DNA from: Mycoplasmoides pneumoniae FH
GTDB taxonomy: Bacteria; Bacillota_I; Bacilli_A; Mycoplasmatales; Mycoplasmoidaceae
Length of the DNA stretch: 32,000 nucleotides
Direction: 5' to 3'
Assembly (NCBI RefSeq): GCF_001272835.1
Contig: NZ_CP010546.1
Coordinates: 332,809-364,808 of the forward strand
Shown here: positions 1 through 9,245 of the stretch, one piece after another
Position numbering within the stretch: position 1 is the first letter of the stretch
Layout of the letters: each line of letters begins with the position of its first letter
The notes under the pieces: model-generated
Databases searched by the model: none
Told to the model about the DNA's origin: nothing
The model's input: only the letters and a program-made list of their open reading frames with translations
Program-made: the position numbers and the translations under genes

Positions 1-2
1 TT

Positions 3-1198
3 GTCAATAAAGGTGGTTCTTATTCTTCCAATTTCCAGAAGTTTCACCAATTAGCTTACAGTATTTCTTCCACTTCTGGCTTTAAGTATTCGTTTGCCGA
101 TAAGAACGCTAAGCGCTTGAAGTTTAGTGACGACAACACCTTCGTTGAATATCCTGATTTTACTCAGGAAATTAAGTCGCCAGACCAACAAAATGGTCAA
201 AATACTGATGACAATAACAGTAAAAAAGAAGAAAACCTTTTAGGTACCTTTGAAGTTAAAGATTACTCGAAATCTAATAAAGGCGGGAAAGGAAAAAGTA
301 AGGGTAAAGGCGGAAGCAGCAGTAATATGAAGACTATTTACATTTACAAAGGCTATATTCCTGAAGATAAAAAGAAAGGTGATAATGCCATTTTAGTTAC
401 TGAGAAAAAAATTATTGATGCTTTAGAAAAAGCTGCTAATTCTAATGGTGAAAGTACACAATCTAATCCAAAAACCATAGCACTTCAAGCAGCTAAAAAA
501 GAAACTAAAAAGAGCAATAAGAAAGAATCAAAAACGATTGGATATACAACTACTGGTTATGTCAATGCTGATGGTAAACATATTTTTGATACAGACAGAA
601 TTAACAATGAGAGGTTTGATCGTAAAATTATTATTGGTGCTACTCTAGAAACTTTAGACCAATCTAGTACACTCCAAAGTGGTGAAGCAATTGTCTTACC
701 AGCACCTGGTAAATATAAGAGTAGTGATCAAAAAACGGTTATGACAGCGCAAGGCCCCAAGATAATCGGGATCCATGCTAATGCTAAAGAGAACGAAGAA
801 ACACAAAAATTTGTTAATTGGTTTTAAATACGCCAGAAACTTGAGAAAGTAAGAGGAATAAGAAAAACTCTAATGAAAAACAAACTGCAGCACAATACTT
901 TGCTCAAGAGGCATCTTACATCTTGCCCTTAAAAGAAAACTTTGAAAAGGTTCAAATTAACGATAAAGGTGAGAAAAATGAAAATGACACAAAGGGCAAT
1001 ACTTATACCGCTAAAGCTTTAGAACTCTTTAAAAAAGTTTCTCAAAATGAAATCGTGAGTTACAGTGACCCAAGTGACTTTAGAAGTGGTAAGTTTCGTG
1101 ATGCGATTGGCTCTAACTTTAACGCCATTATTAATTCCAAAGGAGACTTCAATAAATTTATTAGTAGTTTTACCGCAAGTTTAGGCTCAGACTTTTAG
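3..1198 (+). pseudogene. Surface lipoprotein paralog, 3' part (5' end outside window), interrupted by a 1-nt frameshift at about 822-827; the C-terminal part continues in another frame to 1198
   Basis: Frame 3..827 ([32 protein letters not shown]...) matches the intact paralog at 3331..5715; the homologous C-terminus ([12 protein letters not shown]...[23 protein letters not shown]) continues in the other frame. Junction TGGTTTTAAATAC here versus TGGTTTTTAAATAC in the intact paralog. Confidence 0.85.
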
Positions 1199-1341
1199 TC
1201 TTTTAAATACCCAATTGATTTATTTTTTAATCGATTAATTTATTTAATGGAAAAACAAGTAGATAAATTAGTGAAAACTTTAATTCATCAAAAAGCGTTT
1301 CAATAAATCCGGTTCTTAGAAATAAGGTTTTAATAAAAAAA

Positions 1342-1389
1342 CATACCAGCAGTTAATGCTTCCAAATTAGCTGTGGGTATGTTTATTCT
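1342..1389 (+). terminator. Hairpin plus U-rich tail downstream of the first lipoprotein
   Basis: CATACCAGCAG...GCTGTGGGTATG followed by TTTATTCTT; imperfect stem with an internal loop. Confidence 0.45.
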
Positions 1390-1400
1390 TGTCAAATAAA

Positions 1401-1435
1401 TAAAAAAGCCATCTATCTAAAAGACAGACAGCTAA
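1401..1435 (-). terminator. Minus-strand intrinsic terminator-like hairpin
   Basis: Minus strand AGCUGUCUGUCU-UUU-AGAUAGAUGGCU-UUUUUUAUUUAUUU: 12/12 paired including 3 G-U pairs, then a U tract. Confidence 0.6.
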
Positions 1436-1612
1436 AAAATACTTTTTTTAACGATATTGAAATTAACAGAAAGATCTGTTAGCAAATGTGAAGGAAGAGG
1501 CTCTATGCAAACTTTCAATATGTGGCGTGTTGAAAAACCTTTAAGAATATGCACCAATTGGGGGCAGAAAAGCAGGTCTTCAACATAAATTTTCGTTTTC
1601 CTGCTCCCATTA
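1401..1612 (-). ncRNA. Candidate small RNA, copy A of a repeated intergenic element; possible 27-aa peptide MLKTCFSAPNWCIFLKVFQHATYWKFA (1503..1586, minus)
   Basis: Conserved with 9782..10060: GGGAGCAGGAAAACGAAAATT 5' segment, internal hairpin (UAACAGA/UCUGUUA) and terminal U-tailed hairpin on the minus strand. Confidence 0.45.
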
Positions 1613-2039
1613 GATAAATTGAGTTGCTTTTTAAAAGACGCCAAAAAGATTAAATGTTCTTCTAATTTGGTTTTTTAACTTCTTCTAACTATTAATAGGG
1701 TCTTTTACTTTCTAAAAATTTTTTGAAGTTATTTTGTCACATTTACTTTTTGGGCAATTTAGATCATGAATACCGAAAAAGTATAAGATTCATTAAGTTA
1801 ACGAGGTATCACCTCTTTTTAAAACAAGCCCAATCGCAACTCGTTTCTTTGTTTAACCAAAACTTTTTGCAAGTTTTGTTGGCATTTCTAAATAAATCTT
1901 TCAATTTATTTAGTGATGACACAAAAATTAATATGTTGAACTTTTTAAATAAATCAACAATGGTATTGATCCCCGTTGGCAGCAGTGCTCCAAGTTCTAG
2001 TTCCTTTTTAAATCACCTCAAGAAAGAAGGTATTGCTTA

Positions 2040-2387
2040 ATGAAAGAGAAAATTTCTAAAAAGGAATACAATGCCTTAATCCGTAAAACTGGCGAAAAGC
2101 ACTTTGACGGCGAAAAGGAAGAGTACGGTGATGGCACCGTTGGACTTTGAACTTATGAATTGCGAAAATATAAACTTAAACCACCTGTGAAAGTTAAATA
2201 CGTAACGCAAGAAGAGTTTGGCGAATTCAAAGATGCCACCAACCAGCGGCTCACAAAGATTGAGAACGCTTTGGTCGCTCAGGGCGAACAAATTAGAGCT
2301 CAGGGTGAGCAATTAAGTCAACTAATTAAAGTTGTGCTTCTTCAGGGCAAACAAATAAAATCTCAAGGTGAGCAAATAAAATCTTAG
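2040..2387 (+). CDS. DUF16/UPF0134-type coiled-coil protein, truncated by in-frame TAG at 2385-2387; homologous coding continues in frame to about 2582
   Basis: ATG at 2040 overlaps the upstream TAA; TGA codons read as Trp; [34 protein letters not shown]... heptad-rich repeats; the codons after TAG (GEQINKLTQTVEKQGEKIEVQGQQIQTVNETLKFVVESLETIHKRLDVMEIRLDKLESKYIWFK) remain open to TAA. Confidence 0.75.
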
Positions 2388-2585
2388 GGCGAACAAATCA
2401 ACAAATTAACTCAAACTGTTGAAAAGCAGGGCGAGAAAATTGAAGTCCAAGGACAACAGATTCAAACAGTTAATGAAACTTTGAAGTTTGTAGTTGAAAG
2501 CCTTGAAACTATCCATAAACGGCTCGATGTAATGGAAATTCGTTTAGACAAACTCGAGTCCAAATATATCTGATTCAAATAAGAG

Positions 2586-2630
2586 TACCAGCAGTTAGTT
2601 CTAAAAGCAAGCTGTTGGTATTTTTATTGA
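2586..2630 (+). terminator. Intrinsic terminator-like hairpin
   Basis: TACCAGCAG ... CTGTTGGTA then TTTTTATT. Confidence 0.6.
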
Positions 2631-2712
2631 TCTAAAACTACCTAAAAAAATTTTTTGCAATTTTGTTGTCACATATAAAGTCTTAGTTCAATTTATTTAG
2701 TGGAGGAGCAAA

Positions 2713-2838
2713 ATGCAAATCTTTAATTTTTGAAATTGATCAGTAAAGAGTCTGATCCCTGTTGACAACCGAGTTGCAAGTGTTAGTTATTTTTTAAAAA
2801 ATCAAAAGAAAGGAGGATTTAAACATGAAAAAAGTTAA
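2713..2838 (+). CDS. Possible 41-aa leader peptide MQIFNFWNWSVKSLIPVDNRVASVSYFLKNQKKGGFKHEKS overlapping the next gene start
   Basis: ATG to TAA with TGA=Trp; the SLIPV...S.S.FL...KK.G pattern is shared with the end of ORF 1723..2040 ([25 protein letters not shown]), which also ends at the next gene start. Confidence 0.3.
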
Positions 2839-3073
2839 AGTTCTAGAGAAGCCATCTGTTGAAAGAATGATAGAAGTTTTAAGCGACTCTGAAATATTGA
2901 AGTTTGATTTTTCTTGCTATTATTTACCTGATGGTACTAATGAGACGCTCATAAGAATCTTTTTTCAAGAAAAAGTTTCAAGTTCTGTAGTAACAAAAGA
3001 TAAAAATTCTTTAAGACTTGATGAATACTTAAAAGACTTTATTAGCTTCTTAAAAACACAAAGAAAAAACTAA
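2825..3073 (+). CDS. Small protein of unknown function, 82 aa
   Basis: ATG with AAAGGAGG Shine-Dalgarno-like sequence (about 2811-2818); acidic/charged composition. Confidence 0.6.
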   Translation: MKKVKVLEKPSVERMIEVLSDSEILKFDFSCYYLPDGTNETLIRIFFQEKVSSSVVTKDKNSLRLDEYLKDFISFLKTQRKN

Positions 3074-3084
3074 TAGCGTAAAAA

Positions 3085-3118
3085 TCCAATAGTGAAAATT
3101 CACTGTTGGTATTTTTAT
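3085..3118 (+). terminator. Intrinsic terminator-like hairpin
   Basis: CCAATAGTGAA-AA-TTCACTGTTGG (11 bp with one G-U) then TATTTTTATTTA. Confidence 0.7.
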
Positions 3119-3330
3119 TTATGTCAAATAGAAGATATTAGATGGAAAATTCAAATAGAAACTATAACACACAGAGCTAAGTAATTTTTATTTGTACTTT
3201 TTCTTGTTTAAAAAGCAGTTACTATTTATTCTTTCTTTATTTCATTTTTATCTTTGAAAAATGAGAAAGTTGACAATATTAAAAACTTAAACTTTTTTTA
3301 AGATTCTGTAGATTTTCTGGGTTTTAGTGC

Positions 3331-5715
3331 ATGAAATTGAAATATGGAACCATTATTTTCAGTGGTCTTTTGGGAGTTTCCGCCATTTTAGCTGCCTGTG
3401 GTGCACGCGGCAAATTTGACCAAATTGATGATGGCAAAATTGTTTTAGCTTCTTCTCTTACATCTAAGGGTGCAGCTAATGCCTTGCAAACAATTGTTAA
3501 AAAGTACAACGAAGTTAAAAATATTGATGACTATCCCATTGAAATTATCCAAATTGCCGGTGGTTATGATGGCGGTCGTGGTAACTTACAAACAAAACTA
3601 AGTGTTAAAGACAAAAATAGTTTCTATAACTTAATTTTGAACTACCCAGACGTAGTTTCTGTTTTAGGTCGAGTAGGCATGGAATTGCCCTTCGATAAGG
3701 TTAGAACAGATAAATTATCACCCCGTTTTCTTGATTTCAACAAGCGAATTAGTGCCATATCTAAGCAAGGTATTTACGGCATTCCAGTCTCTTTGTCTAC
3801 TGAAGTTTTAGTTTTAAATGGTCCGGTATTGCACTATATTTTGAGCAGTGCAAAGGGTAGTAGTGACAAAACGCAAGTAAGTCAAACATCATCAGGATTA
3901 AATCAACAAAAAACTCTTCAAAAACCCTTAAAGATTGATACAAGCGATTCAAGCACTTCTTCTCTTTGGACTCAAATTGAGAACGCCGCTAAAAATAACG
4001 GTAAAAAAGCAAATAATAGCAAAAGCAATAGAAGATCCACAGATCAAAGTACACAAACACATAACGATCAAGGCGATGCTTCTGAAAGTGATAAAAAGAT
4101 TAAAGAATCTTGAGGCGATTATGAAGAAGTGGATGGTGGCTTAAAAGGCTTTACTTTTAAAGCTAGCATCTTTGATAATTGGCACGATTTACTCGATTTT
4201 TCTACTAGAGCGGCTAAATCTTTTAAAAAGATAAAAGATAACAATACTAAAAAAGGAACTGATATCCAAGGCATTCTTGGTGTAGATAGTTCAGCCAATT
4301 CCTTATTTACTTCTGTTTTTGCAGCTGGTAATGGTGACTATGACAACTTCTTTTACAAGGTTGCAAACGGTCGGGCTGACTTTAGTAACTTTAAGAATAG
4401 AGGTAGTTCCTTCCAAAACTTACAAAGTGTTTTTAATGATTACAAGGGTTTAATTGATCAAAACGGTCTCTTTGTTAATAAGGGCGGTTCTTACTCTTCT
4501 AACTTTCAAAAGTTTCACCAGTTAGCTTACAGTATCTCCTCTACCTCTGGTTTCTATTATTCATTTGCTGGTAATAGTGCTAAGCGCTTAAAGTTTGGTG
4601 ATAATTCTTTCATTGAGTATCCACAATATACTGTTCCAATTAAAGCTCCTTCAAAGAATGGTGATGGAAATAGCACAAACAGCAATAGCGATCTTTTAGG
4701 CACTTTCACTTTAAGTAGTGGTAAAAAGTCAACAGATAAAAGTAAAAGTGATAGTCAACAAAATCAAGGCAAGAAAGTAGAAGGAACACCTAACCAGGGT
4801 AAAAAGGCAGAAGGTGCCCAGAACCAAGGCAAAAAAGAAAATAACAGTACAACTATTGAAATTTACAAGAACAAAATTCCTGATGGTAAAAATGCTGGGA
4901 AAGATGCCATCTTAATAAAAGATAACAATCTCATTAAACAGCTAGAAGATGCTGCTAAGAAAAACGGTGCAGAAAGTAATCAAAAACAAGGTGGAGAGAG
5001 TAATGGTCAGAAAGAACAAATTATTGGTTATACCACCACTGGTAACGTTCGTGAAGATGGTAATCACATTTTTAGAGTAGACAAAATTAATGACGAACAA
5101 TACGATCGCAAAATTATTGTTGGCGTTACTGTGGAAACTTTAGAACAGTCTAGCACTTTGCAAAGCGAAGAAGCAATTGTTTTAGCAGCACCTGGTAAAT
5201 ATAAAAGCACTGATAAAAAGAAGGTAACAATTACCCAAGGTCCGAATATTATTGGTATCCATGCTAACGAAAAAGAAAATGCAGAAACCCAAAAGTTTGT
5301 TGACTGGTTTTTAAATACAGAAGTAGATTGACCCGCTAAGGAAAATTCTTCTAATAAACAAGATCAACAAAATTCAACCAAAAAACAAACCGCTGCTGAA
5401 TTCTTTGTTGAATCCGCTTCTTATATTCTGCCTTTAAAGGAAATCTTCGAAAATAAAGAGAAAAAAGAAAATACAAGCAATAGTGATAAAAATAAGAGTA
5501 GTAGTCAAAGGAAAAATACTTACGCTGAGAAAGCGCTAGAACTTTTTCAACAAATAAGTAAAGATGAAATAGTTAGTTACAGCGATCCGAGTGATTTTAG
5601 AAGTGGTAAATTCCGCGATGGGATTGGTTCTAACTTTAATGCTGCTGTAAGCTCTAAAGCAGACTTTAATAAGTTTGTTAAAGGCTTCATCGCCACTTTG
5701 GGTAGTGAAATTTAA
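3331..5715 (+). CDS. Intact surface lipoprotein (M. pneumoniae-type paralogous family), 794 aa
   Basis: Signal peptide and lipobox [31 protein letters not shown]; one frame through TGA=Trp at 4111 and 5329; ends ...[12 protein letters not shown]. Confidence 0.93.
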
Positions 5716-5804
5716 GCGAATTTGTGAGCTAACTAATCACAATAATTTTAGGTTAAAACAAAACCTTAAAAAGGTTTAGTGAAAGAAATTAAACTGTTAC
5801 TGTC

Positions 5805-7079
5805 GTGGAGATTAAAACTTACAAAATCAAAGATATTTGCGATATTAAACGCGGTAGAGTTATCAGCAAATTGGACATTAAAAAAGATCCAGGAGTTTTT
5901 CCTGTTTATTCGGCAGCTACTAATAACGATGGGGAGTTTGGTCGAATAAATTCTTATGACTTTGATGGTGAATATGTTACTTGAACAGCTGACGGTTATG
6001 GAGGGGCTGTTTTTTATCGTAATGGTAAATTTAGCATCACAAATCTTTGTGGTCTTTTGAAAGTAAAAAATAAAGAAATTAGTTCAAAATATCTTGCTCA
6101 TATTTTGAAACTAGAAGCACCGAAATTCACAAACCGTGTTTTTAAAAATAGACCTAAGTTAACACATAAAACAATGGCCGAAATTCCCATTGATTTCCCA
6201 CCCTTGAAAATTCAAGAGAAAATTGCTACTATCTTAGATACTTTTACCGAGCTAAGTGCCGAGCTAAGTGCCGAGCTAAGTGCCGAGCTAAGTGCCGAGC
6301 TAAGTGCCGAGCTAAGTGCCGAGCTAAGTGCCGAGCTAAGTGCCGAGCTAAGTGCCGAGCTAAGTGCCGAGCTAAGTGCCGAGCTAAGTGCCGAGCTAAG
6401 TGCCGAGCTAAGTGCCGAGCTAAGTGCCGAGCTAAGTGCCGAGCTAAGTGCCGAGCTAAGAGAGCGCAGGAAGCAGTATGACTTCTATCGCGATTATCTG
6501 CTCAACCAAGAAAATATCCGAAAAATTTACGGAGCAAATATACCTTTCGAAACTTTTCAAATAAGGGATATTTGTGAAATAAATCGTGGTCGAGAAATAA
6601 ATGAAAAATACCTTCGAGAAAATCCAGGTGAATTTCCAGTTTATTCCTCAGCAACAACAAATGGTGGTTTAATTGGAAAAATTAATGATTACGATTTTCA
6701 TGGTGAATATGTTACTTGAACAACGGGCGGCGCACATGCCGGAAATGTCTTTTACCGTAATGAAAAGTTTAGTTGTTCACAAAATTGCGGATTGTTAGAA
6801 GTAAAGAACAAAAATAAATTTAGTTCCAAATTCTTATGTTTTGCACTAAAACTACAATCTAAAAAATTTGTGAATTATGCCTCTGCAATTCCGGTTCTAA
6901 CAATAAAGAGAATTGCAGAAATCGAACTCTCCTTTCCACCTCTAGAAATTCAAGAAAAGATTGCTGATATTTTGTTTGCATTTGAAAAACTTTGCAACGA
7001 TTTAACCGAGGGGATTCCTGCCGAAATTGAATTGCGTAAAAAGCAATTGGATTACTATCAGAACTTCTTATTTAATTGA
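5805..7079 (+). CDS. hsdS: Type I restriction-modification specificity subunit HsdS with two target recognition domains, separated by a linker with a 17-copy ELSA repeat
   Basis: GTG start, single frame with TGA=Trp at 6717; motifs IKDICDIKRGR...FPVYSAATNN, FPPLKIQEKIATILDTFTELSA..., ELRERRKQYDFYRDYLL, then a second TRD ending IELRKKQLDYYQNFLFN. Confidence 0.92.
6249..6460 (+). repeat. Tandem 12-nt repeat GAGCTAAGTGCC, 17 full copies (6249..6452) plus partial GAGCTAAG
   Basis: Direct count: 204 nt of perfect repeats, encodes (ELSA)17 followed by ELRE. Confidence 0.97.
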
Positions 7080-7139
7080 GTTCAAAATAAGAAATTAGAA
7101 AGTCTCAAATCTCTTTAATAATAAAAGTTAGTTCAGCAA

Positions 7140-8861
7140 ACCACAAACTGATCCCACTTCTCCCCCACGCTTACGCGCTTCTCCACCGGGTTCAACCTCG
7201 CGGGGTCGGTTCTCGACCAGGTGTTGGATTATATTCCCTGGATTGGGAATGGGCACAGGTATGGGAATGACCACCGGGGGAGCAACAGTAGTACGAGTGG
7301 GGTAACAACCCAGGGACAACAATCGCAAAATGCATCCGGAACCGAACCCGCACCCACTTTTTCGAATGTCGGCGTTGGCCTCAAAGCGAATGTCCAGGGC
7401 ACCCTGGGTGGCAGTCAGACGACGACTACGGGGAAAGATATTCCCAAATGACCCACCCTCGACCAAGCCAACCTCCAGCTCTGAACGGGGGCGGGGTGGC
7501 GGAATGATAAGGTTTCAAGTGGACAAAGTGACGAAAACCACACCAAGTTCACGAGCGCTACGGGCAGTGGGCAGCAGGGCAGTTCTTCAGGTACAACTAA
7601 TTCCGCGGGCAATCCCGACTCGTTAAAGCAGGATAAGGTTGATAAAAGTGGTGATTCGGTAACGGTTGCAGAAGCCACTTCAGGGGACAACTTGACGAAT
7701 TACACCAACCTCCCTCCCAACCTCACCCCCACCGCTGATTGACCGAACGCGCTGTCATTCACCAACAAGAACAACGCGCAGCGCGCCCAGCTCTTCCTCC
7801 GCGCCCTGTTGGGCAGCATCCCGGTGTTGGTGAATAAGAGTGGCCAAGATGATTCCAACAAGTTCCAAGCCACCGACCAAAAATGGTCTTACACCGAATT
7901 AAAGTCGGATCAAACCAAGCTCAACCTCCCCGCTTACGGTGAGGTGAATGGGTTGTTGAATCCGGCGTTGGTGGAGGTGTACGGTCTGAGTTCCACTCAA
8001 GATTCTAGCACCGGAGCCGGTGGCGCTGGAGGTAACACCGGAGGCGACACCAATACCCAGACTTATGCACGACCCGGAATCGGCTTTAAATTACCCTCCA
8101 CGGACTCGGAATCTTCCAAAGCCACCCTGATCACCCCCGGGTTGGCTTGAACAGCGCAAGATGTCGGTAACCTCGTTGTCAGTGGTACCAGCTTGAGCTT
8201 CCAGCTCGGCGGGTGGTTGGTTACCTTCACGGATTTTATCAAACCCCGGTCGGGTTACCTCGGGCTCCAGTTAACGGGCTTGGATGCAAATGACAGCGAC
8301 CAAAGGGAGTTAATTTGAGCCCCCCCGGCCCTGAACCGCCTTTCGTGGCAGTTGGGTCAACCGCTTGGGCTGCGTCGAGAGTGTGTGGGATTTCAAGGGG
8401 GTGTGGCAGGATCAAGCTCGGTCCGACTCGCAAGCAGCTACAAGTACCACCACCGCAACGAAGGCTACCTTATCGGAGCACACCAATGCTTTGGCCTTTC
8501 AGGTGAGTTATACCGACCAGGATTCGTACAAGGCTTCCACTCAAAGCTCCGGCCAAAACCAAAACACCTCCCCCTACCTGCACTTGGTGCAGGGAAAAAA
8601 GTAGGTTCCTCTGATAAGCTTTCAGACGATCTTAAAAAACTGTTGGACCCCAACGAGGTTCGCGCCAAGCTGCGCCAAAGCTTTGGTACAGAAAATTCTA
8701 CCCAACCCCAACCTAAAGCCCTCAAAACAACCACACCGGTATTTGGGACGAATAGTGGTAACCTCGGCAGTGTGCTTGGTGGTGGGGGTACCACGCAGGG
8801 CTCAGGCTCAGGTCAATCTGGTGTGGATCTCTCCCCCGTTGAACGGGTGAGTGGTCACTAA
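7140..8861 (+). pseudogene. RepMP2/3-like repeat: P1 cytadhesin (MPN141-like) fragment
   Basis: GC-rich block; TGA-as-Trp translation gives [34 protein letters not shown]...[23 protein letters not shown]...[49 protein letters not shown]...[37 protein letters not shown]...[14 protein letters not shown], as in P1. Frame changes at about 8320 (C7) and about 8597 (A6). Confidence 0.9.
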
Positions 8862-9227
8862 CTATTAATAGGAACTTTTCTTATTAATAGGAACTTTTAC
8901 TTTCAAAAAATTTTTGAAGTTATTTTGGCACTTTCAAACTTTAAAGACCATTTAAAAGGCATAAAAGGATAGTTATGTTTTTAAGAAATATTTTGCGATT
9001 CAGTTCGCTTTTGGTTTTGTTTGGTTTTGAGTCTTTTCTTTTGAATGTTCAAAAATTCTTTGAATTAATTTTTGGCAACTTTTCCAATTTATGCAAATTT
9101 ACATGATGTAAAACACTCACGATGATAGTTTTTAAAAAATATTTATTTTATTTAGATAGCCAAATAATCCAGTGATCTGTTGCTGCCCACCTCTTTAAAC
9201 ACTTTTACGTTTTTCCAATTAATAATA

Positions 9228-9245
9228 AAGGAGGTCTTCACCATT
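9228..9245 (+). promoter_or_regulatory. Strong Shine-Dalgarno AAAGGAGGT with ATT start codon at 9243
   Basis: AAAGGAGGTCTTCACC-ATT-AAACGCACAATT; 7-nt spacing. Confidence 0.5.

Noticed and set aside
1432-1644. Minus-strand ORF of 70 aa as a real protein.
   Set aside because: The repeated copy at 9847..10059 has a 1-nt indel in the shared segment, so this frame is not conserved. An RNA element with at most a short peptide in another frame fits better.
3324-3509. Other minus-strand ORFs over housekeeping genes (3324..3509, 10778..10996, 18635..18826, 19264..19554, 21618..21929, 22358..22648, 27226..27444, 28408..28689, 31598..31864).
   Set aside because: All lie opposite well-supported coding regions, have no recognisable motifs, and look like chance frames.
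3331-5331. Track shows the lipoprotein as separate ORFs (3331..4113, 4129..5331).
   Set aside because: The separators are TGA codons in frame; under code 4 they are Trp and the reading is continuous. The same correction applies to hsdS, the pseudouridine synthase, lspA, plsC, scpA, pyk, argI, the permease, p65 and hmw2.
5761-5777. Inverted repeat AAACCTT-AAA-AAGGTTT before hsdS as a regulatory hairpin.
   Set aside because: The paralogous spacer at 12714-12730 reads AAACCTTAAAAATGTTT and breaks the pairing, so there is no sign the structure is maintained.
6249-6460. 12-nt tandem array considered as a CRISPR or origin-type repeat.
   Set aside because: There are no spacers, and the repeat is in frame within hsdS at the known linker position.
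7128-8794. Long minus-strand ORFs (7128..7466, 7415..7690, 8239..8433, 8465..8794) and overlapping plus ORF 7330..7626 in the GC-rich block.
   Set aside because: These are chance open frames opposite or overlapping P1-like coding sequence; GC-rich DNA has few stops. P1 homology is in one plus-strand lineage.
7140-8861. GC-rich island considered as horizontally acquired DNA.
   Set aside because: The translation matches M. pneumoniae P1 adhesin, whose RepMP2/3 copies share this composition; no transposase or integrase is present.
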